64,000 nt of DNA, from assembly GCA_002633005.1 (NCBI GenBank), contig NMRA01000022.1, positions 991,357-1,055,356 on the forward strand, written 5' to 3'. Below the pieces are notes generated by a model. It ran no database searches, was not told the DNA's origin, and saw only the letters and a program-made list of their open reading frames with translations. The stretch comes from Phoronis australis (taxonomy: Eukaryota > Animalia > Phoronida). Positions 27,101-38,100 of the stretch are shown here, piece after piece (within the stretch, counting starts at the first letter, position 1; every line of letters begins with the position of its first letter). The position numbers and the translations under genes were made by a program.

Positions 27101-30100
27101 GTCGCTTATTTTTTCTCATTCATACGTTTGTTCATACCGGAAAAATCACCAAAAGTAACTTTTTAAGCCTCTGTTAACCTTAAATATTAACCAGATATGT
27201 CCAAAACAGAGTTTAACTTGGGATTTCCCAGTTACAATTTTTGTAACTGGGAAATCCCAAGTTAAACTCTGTTTTGTGTAGCCAAATAATTATAAGCGCA
27301 TCACACAGTCTAGACATAATTCATAGAAATTGTCTGTCACTAACTGTTATGTGTCATAATCTCAGTCTTTGCAATTTTGCTCACGTGCAAAGATTAAATT
27401 ATTTTCTAAAATAGTTATGTGGAGCGAAGACAAAATCTCTGACTTAAGTCTTACATGTAAGTCACTTTTCATGAAGCAGATCCCTGGTCTAGTATTTCTC
27501 CTCTAATACATGTTCTGAGTTCTGCATACCTGAGCCTACGGTAATTTTTGTCTGGTCTGCAGTTGGTTTACACTGTATTATTACGTGTTGACCGTGCTTG
27601 TACTACTGACATGTACATTATGCAGCTTAGATTTTCTAGTCTCGCTGAAAAAGTCTGTGTCCGCACTATTGTGGACATTAGGGTGTTTAACCTCATTTAA
27701 GCATACTTTTATTCTCTACAGCACGTATTCTCAACGAGTCAGTAGGCCCCGGCCACCGACTTAGAATTCATGTTGCCGCTTTAGTTTTTCAAATGCAGTG
27801 TGGGCTTAAACCGGGTGATTAACATTAGGGGACATCACAGCGACTTGTATAGGTGTAACCTGGCGTGCGTTCAGTAACGCTAGGACCTACACTAGGACCC
27901 AGCTAAAATCTAACCAAAGTAACGTGATCTCCTTTAAAATACACGCAATATCTCACTTAATCTGGCGAAGTCTTGCTTTTTAGCGAGGTGCTAGCATTAC
28001 TGAACGGGAGGCTGATTTATAATTTGGCTAGTGGGATTTGACGTCAGCGTGATCAGATGGCGCGAGAATCTTACGCGCAAAAGGCTTGATGTTGTATGCA
28101 TTTTTTTTCAGTGCATTTTTCATGCTCGTTTTCAATCTTTATTTTTCTACGATAATTGCTTTGTTATACTTGCAACAATAGCATGCCGCAGCGGACCTGT
28201 GCTATCAATTCTGCCGGGTGCATGCAATTCACAAGTGTCATTGTCTTCCATCATATTGTTTACACGTAGATCTACGTCCCGAAAGTACCTGGGATGTCAC
28301 CGATGTTTACATGGCGTCAACCGTCCCACAACGCCTTTGGAAAACGACATCAGTGTCCCGAATTGACGGATTAGTTCACTTTCATATCTAAATTGTATTG
28401 ATTTCAATTAATTCACATGCGGGAACAAATGATCCTACAAATTTATGTCGTAACGGTTAATTCTGGCAAACATGTCGTTCATGTACTCAAGTGTGCATTT
28501 CAGACCAAAATACATGTGGTTGAGAAATCCACTGGAAGAGTCCTGCTCCAAAAGTACACATGTCCTCCACAGTTTGTGTTCCATCATATCAATGCGTACG
28601 AAGACGGCGGCCATATTGTGATGGATGTCGTGGACAATGGAGATGGTTCGCTTATAAAGAAATTAACTTTGGACTTCTACATAAAGCAGGACGGTAGTCC
28701 TTCCTCAGGAACAGCTCTACGATACGTATTTCCTCTGTCAGTCCCTGAGGTATAAATGTGGCATATTTTTTTTCCATTTTATGTTGGTAATATATTATAT
28801 AACGGCAATTTTTCCCAAGAGCTTTGCTTTCTGGCACTTACGGTGGCTTGCATTTCGGGAACCAGTTTTCTCCACTGAATAACAAGCGTCAAACTGATAG
28901 TCAAAATGCGGCTCCTGTAAGTGACTAATACCGATTTCTGTGGTTGGCAGCTTTTACACTCAGGTGAAGTGACATCTGTCCATTGAGCATATTCCGCGTT
29001 AGCTCTGTGTTAACTGGTCCTTAACTTTTGATGACAAAATTGTTTTTACCTAAGTGATCGTTTAAGTGCCAGTGAAAAACTTGACTACTACATGTAGGTA
29101 AATGTAAGTGTAATTTCGGTTTTTGCTCCAATTCATGTATGATTCCTATCAGCATTGAATTCCATACAACTGATTAAAAACATGAGTTAAAAAACGATGC
29201 CCCAAGACGCCTAAATGCTTCACTGTAGTTCAATGTTTCAGAAGGACGCTTTAGTTTGAAATATTTAGAGGCCATTTCATTCAATTCAACCTTCTAAACA
29301 TTGAAAACACGAAATTTAGCTCACATTTTTTTTCTCAGTTTTCCATATTTTCACAGTAGCATTGGTTTCTATCGTCCAACGTACATGTAGCCCAATTTTG
29401 AGCGGACTGACCCAAGTCGTCAACTAAATGGTGTTTTTACATTTTCTTTTTTTTTTACCCCCTGATGATCTGAATTGTTTGTTTTGGGATGGAAATGAAT
29501 TTTGATTATGGTGTGGAAAACTTTGAAAGCGGCAAAGTTCGTAATACTGAGAAATCTGGTACTCTACTGTTTGCTTTACAGACAGAGAGTACAACCGAAG
29601 CACCCTTTCAATGAGTTTACTTAAGACCATTTTCCGAGGTTCACACTGACACAAAATTTTGCACGCACTCTAACGCCATATGAATAAACCACTGAAAGAG
29701 CACCTCAGAAGTCCTCTCACCGTGTCAGACATGAGTCGATCATGTTTCTAAAAATGTGAACCAGCACTGCGAAATAATTTTCTCTTGCCTTCTTTCCTAG
29801 AACATTGTTCCTTCATCGTAGGGTAGAAGCTCAAAAACATTAGGAATTCTTATTGAACACATTTCATATTTACATTACGTTCATTTACGTTCATTCATTT
29901 TTGTTCGATTTCTTGTAAATTAGAGGCTAAGACAAAAAATACACTTCATTTTTATTAATTGCAAGTTTATTGGCATTGTGAATTTCAATTTTGTTTCTGT
30001 TGTACTGTTTGATTCAAACTGTCATTAAAACATACGCCAATCTCCGCTTTACTTGACGCCAATCTCCGCTTTACTTGACGCTGAGTATATAACAGACGGC

Positions 30101-33100
30101 CATAAGAGATGGATTAGTCTCATAAGGTTCATAAACGAACAAGTTCAATTTCAGCTCCGATGTCCATATCCCAAATTCTACAGACCGTTCCAAGTGAAGG
30201 AATATTTACCGTATATAGCGTTGGACTGCGTGATGAGTTTTGAATGCTGGACAAGAACTAGTCTTTGTGTTTTGATTTTAGCGCATGTTCCTTGACTGAC
30301 ACCAAATTCGCCAGACATTCCTTGCTCTGTCGGTTTTCTCTCCTGGTTGTCACCAAAGTATACCATTTAAACGTCAAAATTTACCAGATACTATGTTGTT
30401 AATCAAAATTGTCGTCCTCTTTCAATTAGTGCGTAAACGAGTAGTCAAGGCTGAAATGAGCTAAGCCTGTCACAGTGGACTTCCATGCAGTGTAGAACTG
30501 CCTTGCTATGATGGCATCGGTTTCAACATTCAGCTGGACCTGAGTGATGACCCGAGACTAAATTGGTCAGCCATCTAACTGTGGATGCAATGTGTGATTC
30601 TGCGTTGGGTGGTTACTGATAATAAAAGATTTTTTGGACAGAGCTTAAAGGGGCAAGGGGCCAACTTTGACTTTCGTATAATTTAGCAGATGGGATAAAG
30701 TTCTGAAATCCATGAGAAGACTAATTAAAGCTGTGTTTCGCCCTGTTTAGGTGCCCAAAAACTAAAATCGATTTACAAATTTTATTCTCAAAGAATCGAT
30801 TTCATAATACTCCTTGACTGTGATAGGATTCCATGTTACTCAAGTTACATGCAATGCATGGGCTTGCATGCGCTATTTTCGAATTAGCAAGTTCACGGTT
30901 GGACAACTCCAATAAACTCTGGGGCATTTTGAGTCTTTCATTTCATCGTTATTTTCTTGTCCGTACCGGAAATGGGATCCATAACGATAAGGGATATTAT
31001 GAAACCGATTTAATGAGAGTAAAAATACTTTATTAGTTTTTTGTTTTTAGCCTGCTAAACAGGGCGAAATGCAGCTCTAATCGATAATCGAATGTATTTT
31101 TTGCCTCTAATCTGCATTTACTCTCAAACGTCGTATTGTGTTCCTGTTTGACTGTGCAGTGCACCACATCTCATTGCAGTACTTACCCGTCAGAGTAAGT
31201 TTTGTTAATTCTTGCAGGGAGCAAAAACAGGAAACAACCTAGTTTCTCTGGAAACAACTGCTACGGCCATTTTGAATAAAGACGGTTCCATTCACTGCCA
31301 AGGGGAAACATTGTGCGAATCAGGTAGCATTTTGAACAACCGTTGCTGTTTAACGAATTCAACAGACAACACATACCACGAAAAGCTTGTTGAAATTGAG
31401 GATTTATTAATTGTCGATATAGATTCTAGTATCAAAGGAAAGAACGAAGTTAGTAAAAAAAACCCCGACTTTTAGTGTCCGTGCAGTTTTTTCACATCAC
31501 TCGGTCAATATCATGCGGTTATTTGATGGAAACTTGTTTGTCATAACTTACCCACGTTTGGTTGTTGTTTCTGTCCACAACTGTCAATGATTTTCAATTA
31601 TTATGTGAATCATCACGTAAAAATCGTAAAATGTTGCAATTCTTTAAAGCGGCAATAATCCCGTGCTTTCTGTCAAAACAAGTTTTGAATTAATTTTGAC
31701 TGGAAAAACTTAAAACCAATTTCATAACGTTAATGGGCCTAAATCAAAACTAATTTTTACCACAAAGCAAGGATTTAATGTCACGTTAAAAAGCACAGAA
31801 AATTGTGTTCTTGAATACAATGCCTGGACGTTTGCAGTCCCGTGACCGCTCTTGAAACTTTCACAGATTTTAACTTCCTTTGACGAAAAATTCATTCACA
31901 CTAATCATGCAAAGTCTGTTTCCGTTTTCTTCTTACATCAGAAACCTATCTTATATAACTTAACTTATCAAGAATTTGACTGCCTTTCAAGCACTGTTGG
32001 TGTTGAATAATCACTGCTGTATCGATGCAGATAAGATTTATGTTAAGGCTGGTATTTGAGGACCTTTGTGCGCCTAATTGTTTAGGAAAAATCCACTTGA
32101 AAGTTTTTTTCCTGTTTGTTTTCTTTTGCCTATCGGTTATACACTATGATGATCCTTTCAGGTTTTGAACTGCCAACGGTGAACTTAAAATACAACGCGA
32201 GAAAATACCGCTATTTTTACGCATGCGGGGTTTTCAATAAGGGCACATTTTCCAACACGGTTCTCAAATGCGATTTACAAACGAAGGAAGTGAAGACGTG
32301 GAAAGCTTCAGACACAGCTTTTCCCAGTGAACCTATATTTGTACCAGCACCGGACGCTGCTGAGGAGGACGACGGTAATTCTAGCCTGTTATAAACTGGC
32401 AACATGGTTTGATTGTCGTATACGATTCACGGCTAATCGGGCAGTGTGCAAAAATGCTTCGACACGATTTTGTCGTTTCGGGTGGACGCCCTGAAATTGT
32501 TCTTCGAATTTACTTCAACTTATGAGATCACTAGCCAATCAATGAGTGTTATTGAGATCACTAGCCAATCAGTGGGCGTTATTAGTGACATGAGGCACAC
32601 ATTGATCACATGACATTAAAATAATACAATGTGCACTGAGGCGGTTCATGAATGGTACTGTTCAGCTCTACCACAGCGTTCCGGAAATATGCCAATCTTG
32701 TAATATGTCAAGAACATGTAATCATATGCCGCAATTAGCTTCGTATGGCCAGCAGTGCTTTCAACGAGGCTATTTTTATAACATTGGCTAAAACCGACGA
32801 AACTGTTTTCTTAATTGGCCAGAAAAGTTACGAGAATTAGCAGATGAATTGTTGTTAGAGCCGGCCCGAAAGCGTATTTTTGCACTGGCGTAAAATACCA
32901 GCTTTGAAGCCAGACATCAAATGATACCAAAGTTTAGTGTAAAATGTCTAGTTTTTAACTGTTCGTAATTGTAATTTTACAACAACCGTTGCAGGTGTGG
33001 TGCTATGTGGCGTCACCGATGTCTCGCCAGATGTACCAGACTTTCTTGTTCTTCTCGACGGAAAAACGCTGACAGAAATTGGCCGGGCATCCATTCCCGA

Positions 33101-33146
33101 CAATGCACGAATTCCTTACGGATTGCACGGACAGTTTTTATATTGA
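15042..33146 (+). CDS. Carotenoid cleavage oxygenase gene A (BCO1/BCO2/RPE65/NinaB family), 10 exons, ~536 aa
   Basis: Exons 15042-15162, 17340-17490, 18366-18473, 20501-20642 (or 24557-24698), 21277-21430 (or 25333-25486), 26094-26311, 28504-28749, 31218-31323, 32162-32374, 32995-33146. All junctions are GT-AG with consistent phase (1611 nt). The four Fe-binding His motifs are present ([22 protein letters not shown]), plus EFGT, PDPCK and [12 protein letters not shown]. Confidence 0.95.
17340..17490 (+). CDS. Carotenoid oxygenase A exon 2
   Basis: GVIPTWLKGDLVRAGPG...HFFDGM...; CAG acceptor, GTAAGT donor. Confidence 0.95.
17679..17808. mobile_element. Palindromic MITE, PIF/Harbinger-like (3-bp CTG TSD)
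   Basis: CTG|GGTAGAGTTCAGTAACG ... CGTTACTGAAATCTACC|CTG; second copy at 27863-28011. Confidence 0.65.
18366..18473 (+). CDS. Carotenoid oxygenase A exon 3
   Basis: FLRSDAF...EFGTTATPDPCKSLFQR; TAG acceptor, GTAAGT donor. Confidence 0.95.
20501..20642 (+). CDS. Carotenoid oxygenase A exon 4 (copy A)
   Basis: FFATFNEEISDNCTVN...ETPFLRKFDPKSLDTLEK; intact AG/GT. Confidence 0.9.
21277..21430 (+). CDS. Carotenoid oxygenase A exon 5 (copy A)
   Basis: [22 protein letters not shown]...; intact AG/GT. Confidence 0.9.
21989..22768 (-). mobile_element. Kolobok-type non-autonomous element, partial copy truncated by the gap
   Basis: TTAA|AGGACCATGCCACCC terminus; collinear with 52239 onward; the empty TTAA site is visible at 26066-26069. 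Confidence 0.85.
22465..22504 (+). repeat. (ACGAT)n microsatellite
   Basis: Run of GATACGATACGATAC. Confidence 0.9.
22769..23082. other. Assembly gap (N run)
   Basis: 314 N. Confidence 1.
24557..24698 (+). CDS. Carotenoid oxygenase A exon 4 (copy B)
   Basis: Same 142-nt exon with T>S and K>Q changes; intact splice sites. Confidence 0.9.
25333..25486 (+). CDS. Carotenoid oxygenase A exon 5 (copy B)
   Basis: Same 154-nt exon with a D>G change; intact splice sites. Confidence 0.9.
26094..26311 (+). CDS. Carotenoid oxygenase A exon 6
   Basis: ...[21 protein letters not shown]...; CAG acceptor, GTAAGT donor. Confidence 0.95.
26530..26950. repeat. Dispersed repeat related to 13540-13930
   Basis: Shared collinear blocks seen by eye; boundaries approximate. 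Confidence 0.5.
27202..27276. repeat. Perfect inverted repeat, 36-bp arms with a 3-nt loop
   Basis: CAAAACAGAGTTTAACTTGGGATTTCCCAGTTACAA-TTT-exact reverse complement. Confidence 0.97.
27863..28011. mobile_element. Second copy of the Harbinger-like palindromic MITE
   Basis: CTG|..GTTCAGTAACGCTAGGACC ... TAGCATTACTGAAC..|CTG. Confidence 0.6.
28504..28749 (+). CDS. Carotenoid oxygenase A exon 7
   Basis: TKIHVVEKSTG...[18 protein letters not shown]...LRYVFPL. Confidence 0.95.
30729..31076. mobile_element. TTAA-inserting MITE with AG...CT ends (Kolobok-like) and ~100-bp imperfect TIRs
   Basis: TTAA|AGCTGTGTTTCGCCCTGTTTAG ... CTAAACAGGGCGAAATGCAGCT|CTAA; inverted similarity continues inward (AATCGATTTCATAATA / TATTATGAAACCGATT). 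Confidence 0.75.
31218..31323 (+). CDS. Carotenoid oxygenase A exon 8
   Basis: GAKTGNNLVSLETTATAILNKDGSIHCQGETLCES; typical NLV.L..TATA segment. Confidence 0.92.
32162..32374 (+). CDS. Carotenoid oxygenase A exon 9
   Basis: GFELPTVNLKYNARKYRYFY...[18 protein letters not shown]. Confidence 0.95.
32995..33146 (+). CDS. Carotenoid oxygenase A exon 10 (terminal)
   Basis: GVVLCGV...[16 protein letters not shown]...IPYGLHGQFLY*. Confidence 0.95.
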
Positions 33147-33409
33147 CAAGGTCGGATATGAGACGGGTATAGTTTCATGGCCTTTTATAGTCAGCTAGAG
33201 CAGTGGTCGTTGTAGTAATGTACACGTGCTATAGATTTATTTATACTGGATAAAAACCTGTTCAGTGAATACAACACTGATTTCTAACAGGGCCCGGGTA
33301 ATGCATAGGCATTTAAAAGAAAGATATAGGTGCATAAACAACAATTTAGATAATAAGAGAATTCAGCAATATTGAAAATAGAAGGGAAACAAGAACAACA
33401 GCAAGAAAA

Positions 33410-33434
33410 AGAAGAAGAAGAAGAAGAAGAAGAA
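33410..33434 (+). repeat. (GAA)n microsatellite
   Basis: About 8 GAA units. Confidence 0.9.
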
Positions 33435-34159
33435 CACCCTTTTGACATAATACCATAAAGCATGCTTGTATAGTTTTATGTTTTAAGCTGTTAAAGTTTA
33501 AGTCGAGGACCACTCCATTGCTGCAGCTTAGCAGCTCTGTTCTGAAAGTATCGTTTCCTGAAGTTTGTTTTAACGTTATGCAAATAAATATCGCCGGTTG
33601 AGGGAAGATTTGGTCACTTTTTCTTTGGTTGGGTTTACAACCATAATACTGTCACGCACAGATACATGTTGTCCGGAGCTAGTTTGTTGACACACTTGGA
33701 CATAATTAATGCTATAATGCCCGTTGGTAAACAAAACGTGTTTTCCTGCTTTTAACTGTTAAAACAAGTGCATAATTACTTTCAGACAGTCAAACTCTGC
33801 TTGCAGGAGAATCATTATAGCACAATACTCTGACGTGGCTAAGACTAGGTTGAGTTCAAGGTATTTAACTTTCAGAGCCTTTGCTTTAGTTAGGGATTTC
33901 TCTATGATGGAGCGCCCCTCATTTCATGAACCACTAATAACACCCGTGGGCTCCATTCCGATCACACTATAAATAAAACACAAAGTTTAACTTGCCTTTA
34001 TTTCGCAGTGCTCCATTTTTATGACGCGTCACTAAATCAAAGCTGTATTTCGTCGTCTTTAGTCTCACAGAATTGGCCTCCTTTCCGTGACAGGATTCCA
34101 TCTTTCTTCCAAATAAAAAAATTGCAATGAGCCATTTTGGAATTTGCAATCTTAAGGGG

Positions 34160-34310
34160 CAGTGCTGTAATGGGGCGAAGGCGCACTTAGGCGCAGACAA
34201 CCACCTATTGGAATTTGAACGTAGCGCCTACGCACCATAAGTTACGTTCAGTGCTCAAGGTGATACGGTGGGCTTTGGGCGCCTACTTACCTCTAAGCTT
34301 ACCACCAATA
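34160..34310. mobile_element. hAT-like MITE, inverted copy of 50190-50346
   Basis: Starts CAGTGCTGTAATGG; body is the reverse complement of the 50190 element (GCCTACGCACCATAAGTTACG...). Confidence 0.65.
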
Positions 34311-34998
34311 AACTCTGAAGCACTTTTCTGAGTCGCTGAAGATTTCGATGTTCTTGTTGGTAACGGAAAGGGAATCCTATCATGATAAGGAATATTGTGG
34401 GTCCACTTAGATTTTGTTTTTTATCCAGATAAACAAGGGAATTACAGATTTATCTAGTTGTCCTATAAGTCAAAGTTTGTCTAATTACGATTCAATAGTT
34501 CGCCGCACTACATCAATTTTGCTGTGTATCTTTCTCAAGGAAACTCATCAATACGCCGACGTGCAGTGTCCCATGTGTTGCCGCCAAACTTAAGAGCCGT
34601 TGATTTTGTATAACCCTGTACCCCGGAGTAAAGGCTCACTTGGCATTGCATAATTTTAATTTCGAACACCAGGGTTGAAAATGGTTTAGCTCTACCGAAC
34701 AACAAAAGCGCACACATACATGCACGCTGCTGAATGGATTCAATCAATACCATATCAAGGCTTGCTGAGTCCAAGTAATTTTTAGTTCAATCAAGTCATA
34801 ACGCTCCTATGGTCGCAGTAGCCGTCCTGAATACCCAACGACGTCCTTAGGCGATTGGCTCCACAGGTTCCGTTACAGCGAAGATTCGACTTAGCAACGA
34901 AATTTATCGTCCAAGCCTGTGAGAAATTACAGAAAATCCGCCTGTTCTTCATTCCATGACGGAGTGGTTACACAATGTCCAAGCAAGCGGATGTATTC

Positions 34999-35119
34999 AT
35001 GGCCACCGAATGCCCTATTGGTTGCACGAAGGAAGATTTGAACAAGAATGATGGACGGGTGTCTCGTCTGTTCACAACGTATAAGGAACAATTTGAACCC
35101 GTGAAAGCTCTGGTCAGAG
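34999..35119 (+). CDS. Carotenoid oxygenase B exon 1
   Basis: [41 protein letters not shown]; donor GTTAGT. Confidence 0.85.
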
Positions 35120-38100
35120 GTTAGTGATATTTTGATAGTTTTTACTAATCTCGAGGCCGGTGGACAGAAGGTGGTTGTTCCATGATCTAGTTTCGCAGTG
35201 TTGTGATATTATACAGTTCTTATACACGGGCAGGCCACAGTCGCTATTTAATAGTCTTGTACAGAAACGGTGTCAACTTAGGTATTGATCCGAAATGAGA
35301 ACAGCACAACGAGCTCGGGAGGAGCCCGAGAATTGCTTGGGACTAAACTATTGGCAACCGAGTTCGGGAGGAGGCCGAAAGCTGCACGAATAGTTAGAGT
35401 TTGGTATGAGTGAGAGTGTAGATGTTGACTTCTTGGGCTCTGCCACTGGACTCCTCGTGTAGTAGTGGGAGGGCGAAACCCTAGGACAGCTTCGCGATAT
35501 CGGACGCCTTCTGTCTGACAGAGACGAAGTTTTAGTATACATGTACAATTTCAACCAATCAGACACGATCTGAGGCCGGGCTAGGCCCATAGTTCCTAGG
35601 ATCTGACCAAGCATGCCCAAATTTGGTTATGTCCAAAGGACCCAAAGATATAAGAAAAATCCACACGTAACGTACACCTTGTCCACCAGAGGGCGCATAT
35701 ATCTAAGATATTAATCGTGTTCAGGGCACTCCTGTTACAAAATTTTGAAAAAGAATATAGCACCAGGCCGTTTGCATATTATGTGTATGTCAGTCTTTCA
35801 TATCCATCTCATGCCCAAAAATACGAAAATTAGCCTTAAGAAGTTTGAAATATAGTCATTGAAGATGCATATCATAGAATAAACATACCGTCTCAATTGA
35901 TTCGTTTCGAAAAACCCTGGGCTGTCGGTAGCTAGGTATAAGTTTTGAAGGTGGGTGCAGCTGGATAATTAGGATACTCAGAGAATGGACTCGAAACCGA
36001 GAGTGGCTCATCTGGAGTGTTTCCACATTACAAAGTAAATTGCCCATCAGGCGAGGCGAAGTGTACTGTATGCGAAGCAGGTGCGAAGCATGAGTCGCCA
36101 TCATTACGCAAGGTAGTCCAGTGACTCGCCTCAGGCCATATCATACACCGGTAGCAGATTCATGTCATTGTATTGGACCATATGGTTTTGGACAGTATGC
36201 TGGAGGACTCGGAAGGACCGATTGTAATTTTCCTATATCCAGATTAATTTTGATGCTTCAAAAACGAATTGTGAATATTTGTTGACAAAATCAACCAAAT
36301 TCGGGTATCAGAAACACAAAAATAGGTAAAAATAATGTTTCAGTGAAGCTGGAAAAGGTTGATTTGAGCCAACCAAACCCAGAGAGGAAGCTGTACTGAC
36401 TTAACTCGGGTCTGAGCACAGCGCCGACGTAAACTGCGAAATTAACTAAACCGTTGATACGGGATTCGGTAGTTAACGGACATCGAAGTAAACGGTATCT
36501 GACGCTGCTGTCGTCGAAATAAACGCAAGCTAGCGTTGGTGCATAGTGTATACGCTAACCACGCTAAGAATTTTTAAATGTAAATCTGGGGGTATTTACA
36601 TGTGCTAATTGACATAAAACTTACTTCTAATGCGATTGGTGCTTATTCGAGCAAAATACAAGCAGCTATAGCGACGACACTGCCCTTTAATTGTGGACGA
36701 TTACAGCGTCCCCTGGCGATAAATTCGATGGGGCCGAAGTCGACGCTCCGCTGTTAAATCAACCTGTTTGTTGCAAAGTTAACTGGCGCCGTTAATTTCC
36801 ATCCAGGTCGGAAGTTAACCGTTCATACTGACCGCAGCTCCCCAAAACATTGAAGCGTCGATGTTAGCATGAAAGGGCCTTAATAGAATGTGATGACGTT
36901 ACTTTGGAAGAGCAAATACGCTTGTGGATAAAGTTGATCTTTTTATCATGTTTTGTGGCGGCTAATAAAAAAAAAAAAAAAAATAACTGGAACAAGAAAA
37001 CGCCCCGATATGAACGTTATGTCTGGGTACAGAGAAAATGCCGCTTGTGAGAGAGAATGATACATTCATATGAAATCCTGATAGGCGTGTCATCATAATT
37101 AAGTTGGACGGTGACACAGTGTTTTGTTGAAGATACTAAGATGAATAGTTTTTCTCCGTGGTTTTCTGAGATGATAATAATAACAATAACAATAATAATG
37201 ATAATAATTATAAATTTCGCAGACCATAAAAGAGTTCTAGGTTCACTATTCGGTGAATGCCAACCAGACCACTTTCAACTGTTAGCAGTAGTTAACCTAA
37301 TGTTTCTATACTTTTGGGCACTGTGGGGTGACCTTCTGTAGGAACACTCGGTGTTTTACTTTGACGATGCCTTTTTATCAATTAAAACGGCATGTCGTGT
37401 TTGACGATGATTTTCTTGGTTATTGCCGTTATTTCCAAATTCTTAAATCTCATGACCAAACTCTAACGGTACAAGTATGATGATGACTGAAATCGTCTGA
37501 AATTAATCGTCATTCTGTCCTTTCTTACACAAGTCTCTAAAACCAATCAAATACTATTTAGGTAAGATTCCTGTATGGTTGGACGGTGACTTAGTTCGAA
37601 CTGGACCAGGGATGTTCGAGATTAACGGCGAGAAGTACAAACATCTTTTCGATGGAATGGCCATTTTGCAAAGGTTTTCAATCAAGGACGGAGAGGTTAC
37701 CTTCCAAAGCAAGTAAGTTATTGTTATGATTTGGCACTTTCTCCTGAAGCTCGTCTTTATATGTTTTGGTCAGTGCGGTATATATTAGACTGTGTAAAAG
37801 GTGTTTGACAGTTTTTAGACGTTACTTTATTTCTGTTTTTGTTGATAAAGGAAGTTGTTACCTCCGAAAATTTCAAATTTCAGTTGATCCATTCTTGTTG
37901 TTTTATTTACCGATTTAAAGAAATAAAGAAAATAGGAAACATAAATGACGTGTAAAGTTTCGAAAGTGTCGGCCAGTGTTCTAGCTTGACATCATGGGCG
38001 CAGCCAGGGGAGGGGGGGGGGGGCTCGAACAACCCCCAATTGGCGAATTGGGCAAAAAGGTCCACCTCAGTGAAACAAAAAGTCCGAGTAAACGAGAGAA

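Noticed and set aside
32523-32584. 30-bp tandem duplication with CCAAT boxes (similar small duplications at 8351, 12132, 30035)
   Set aside because: Ordinary local slippage duplications with no evidence of function.
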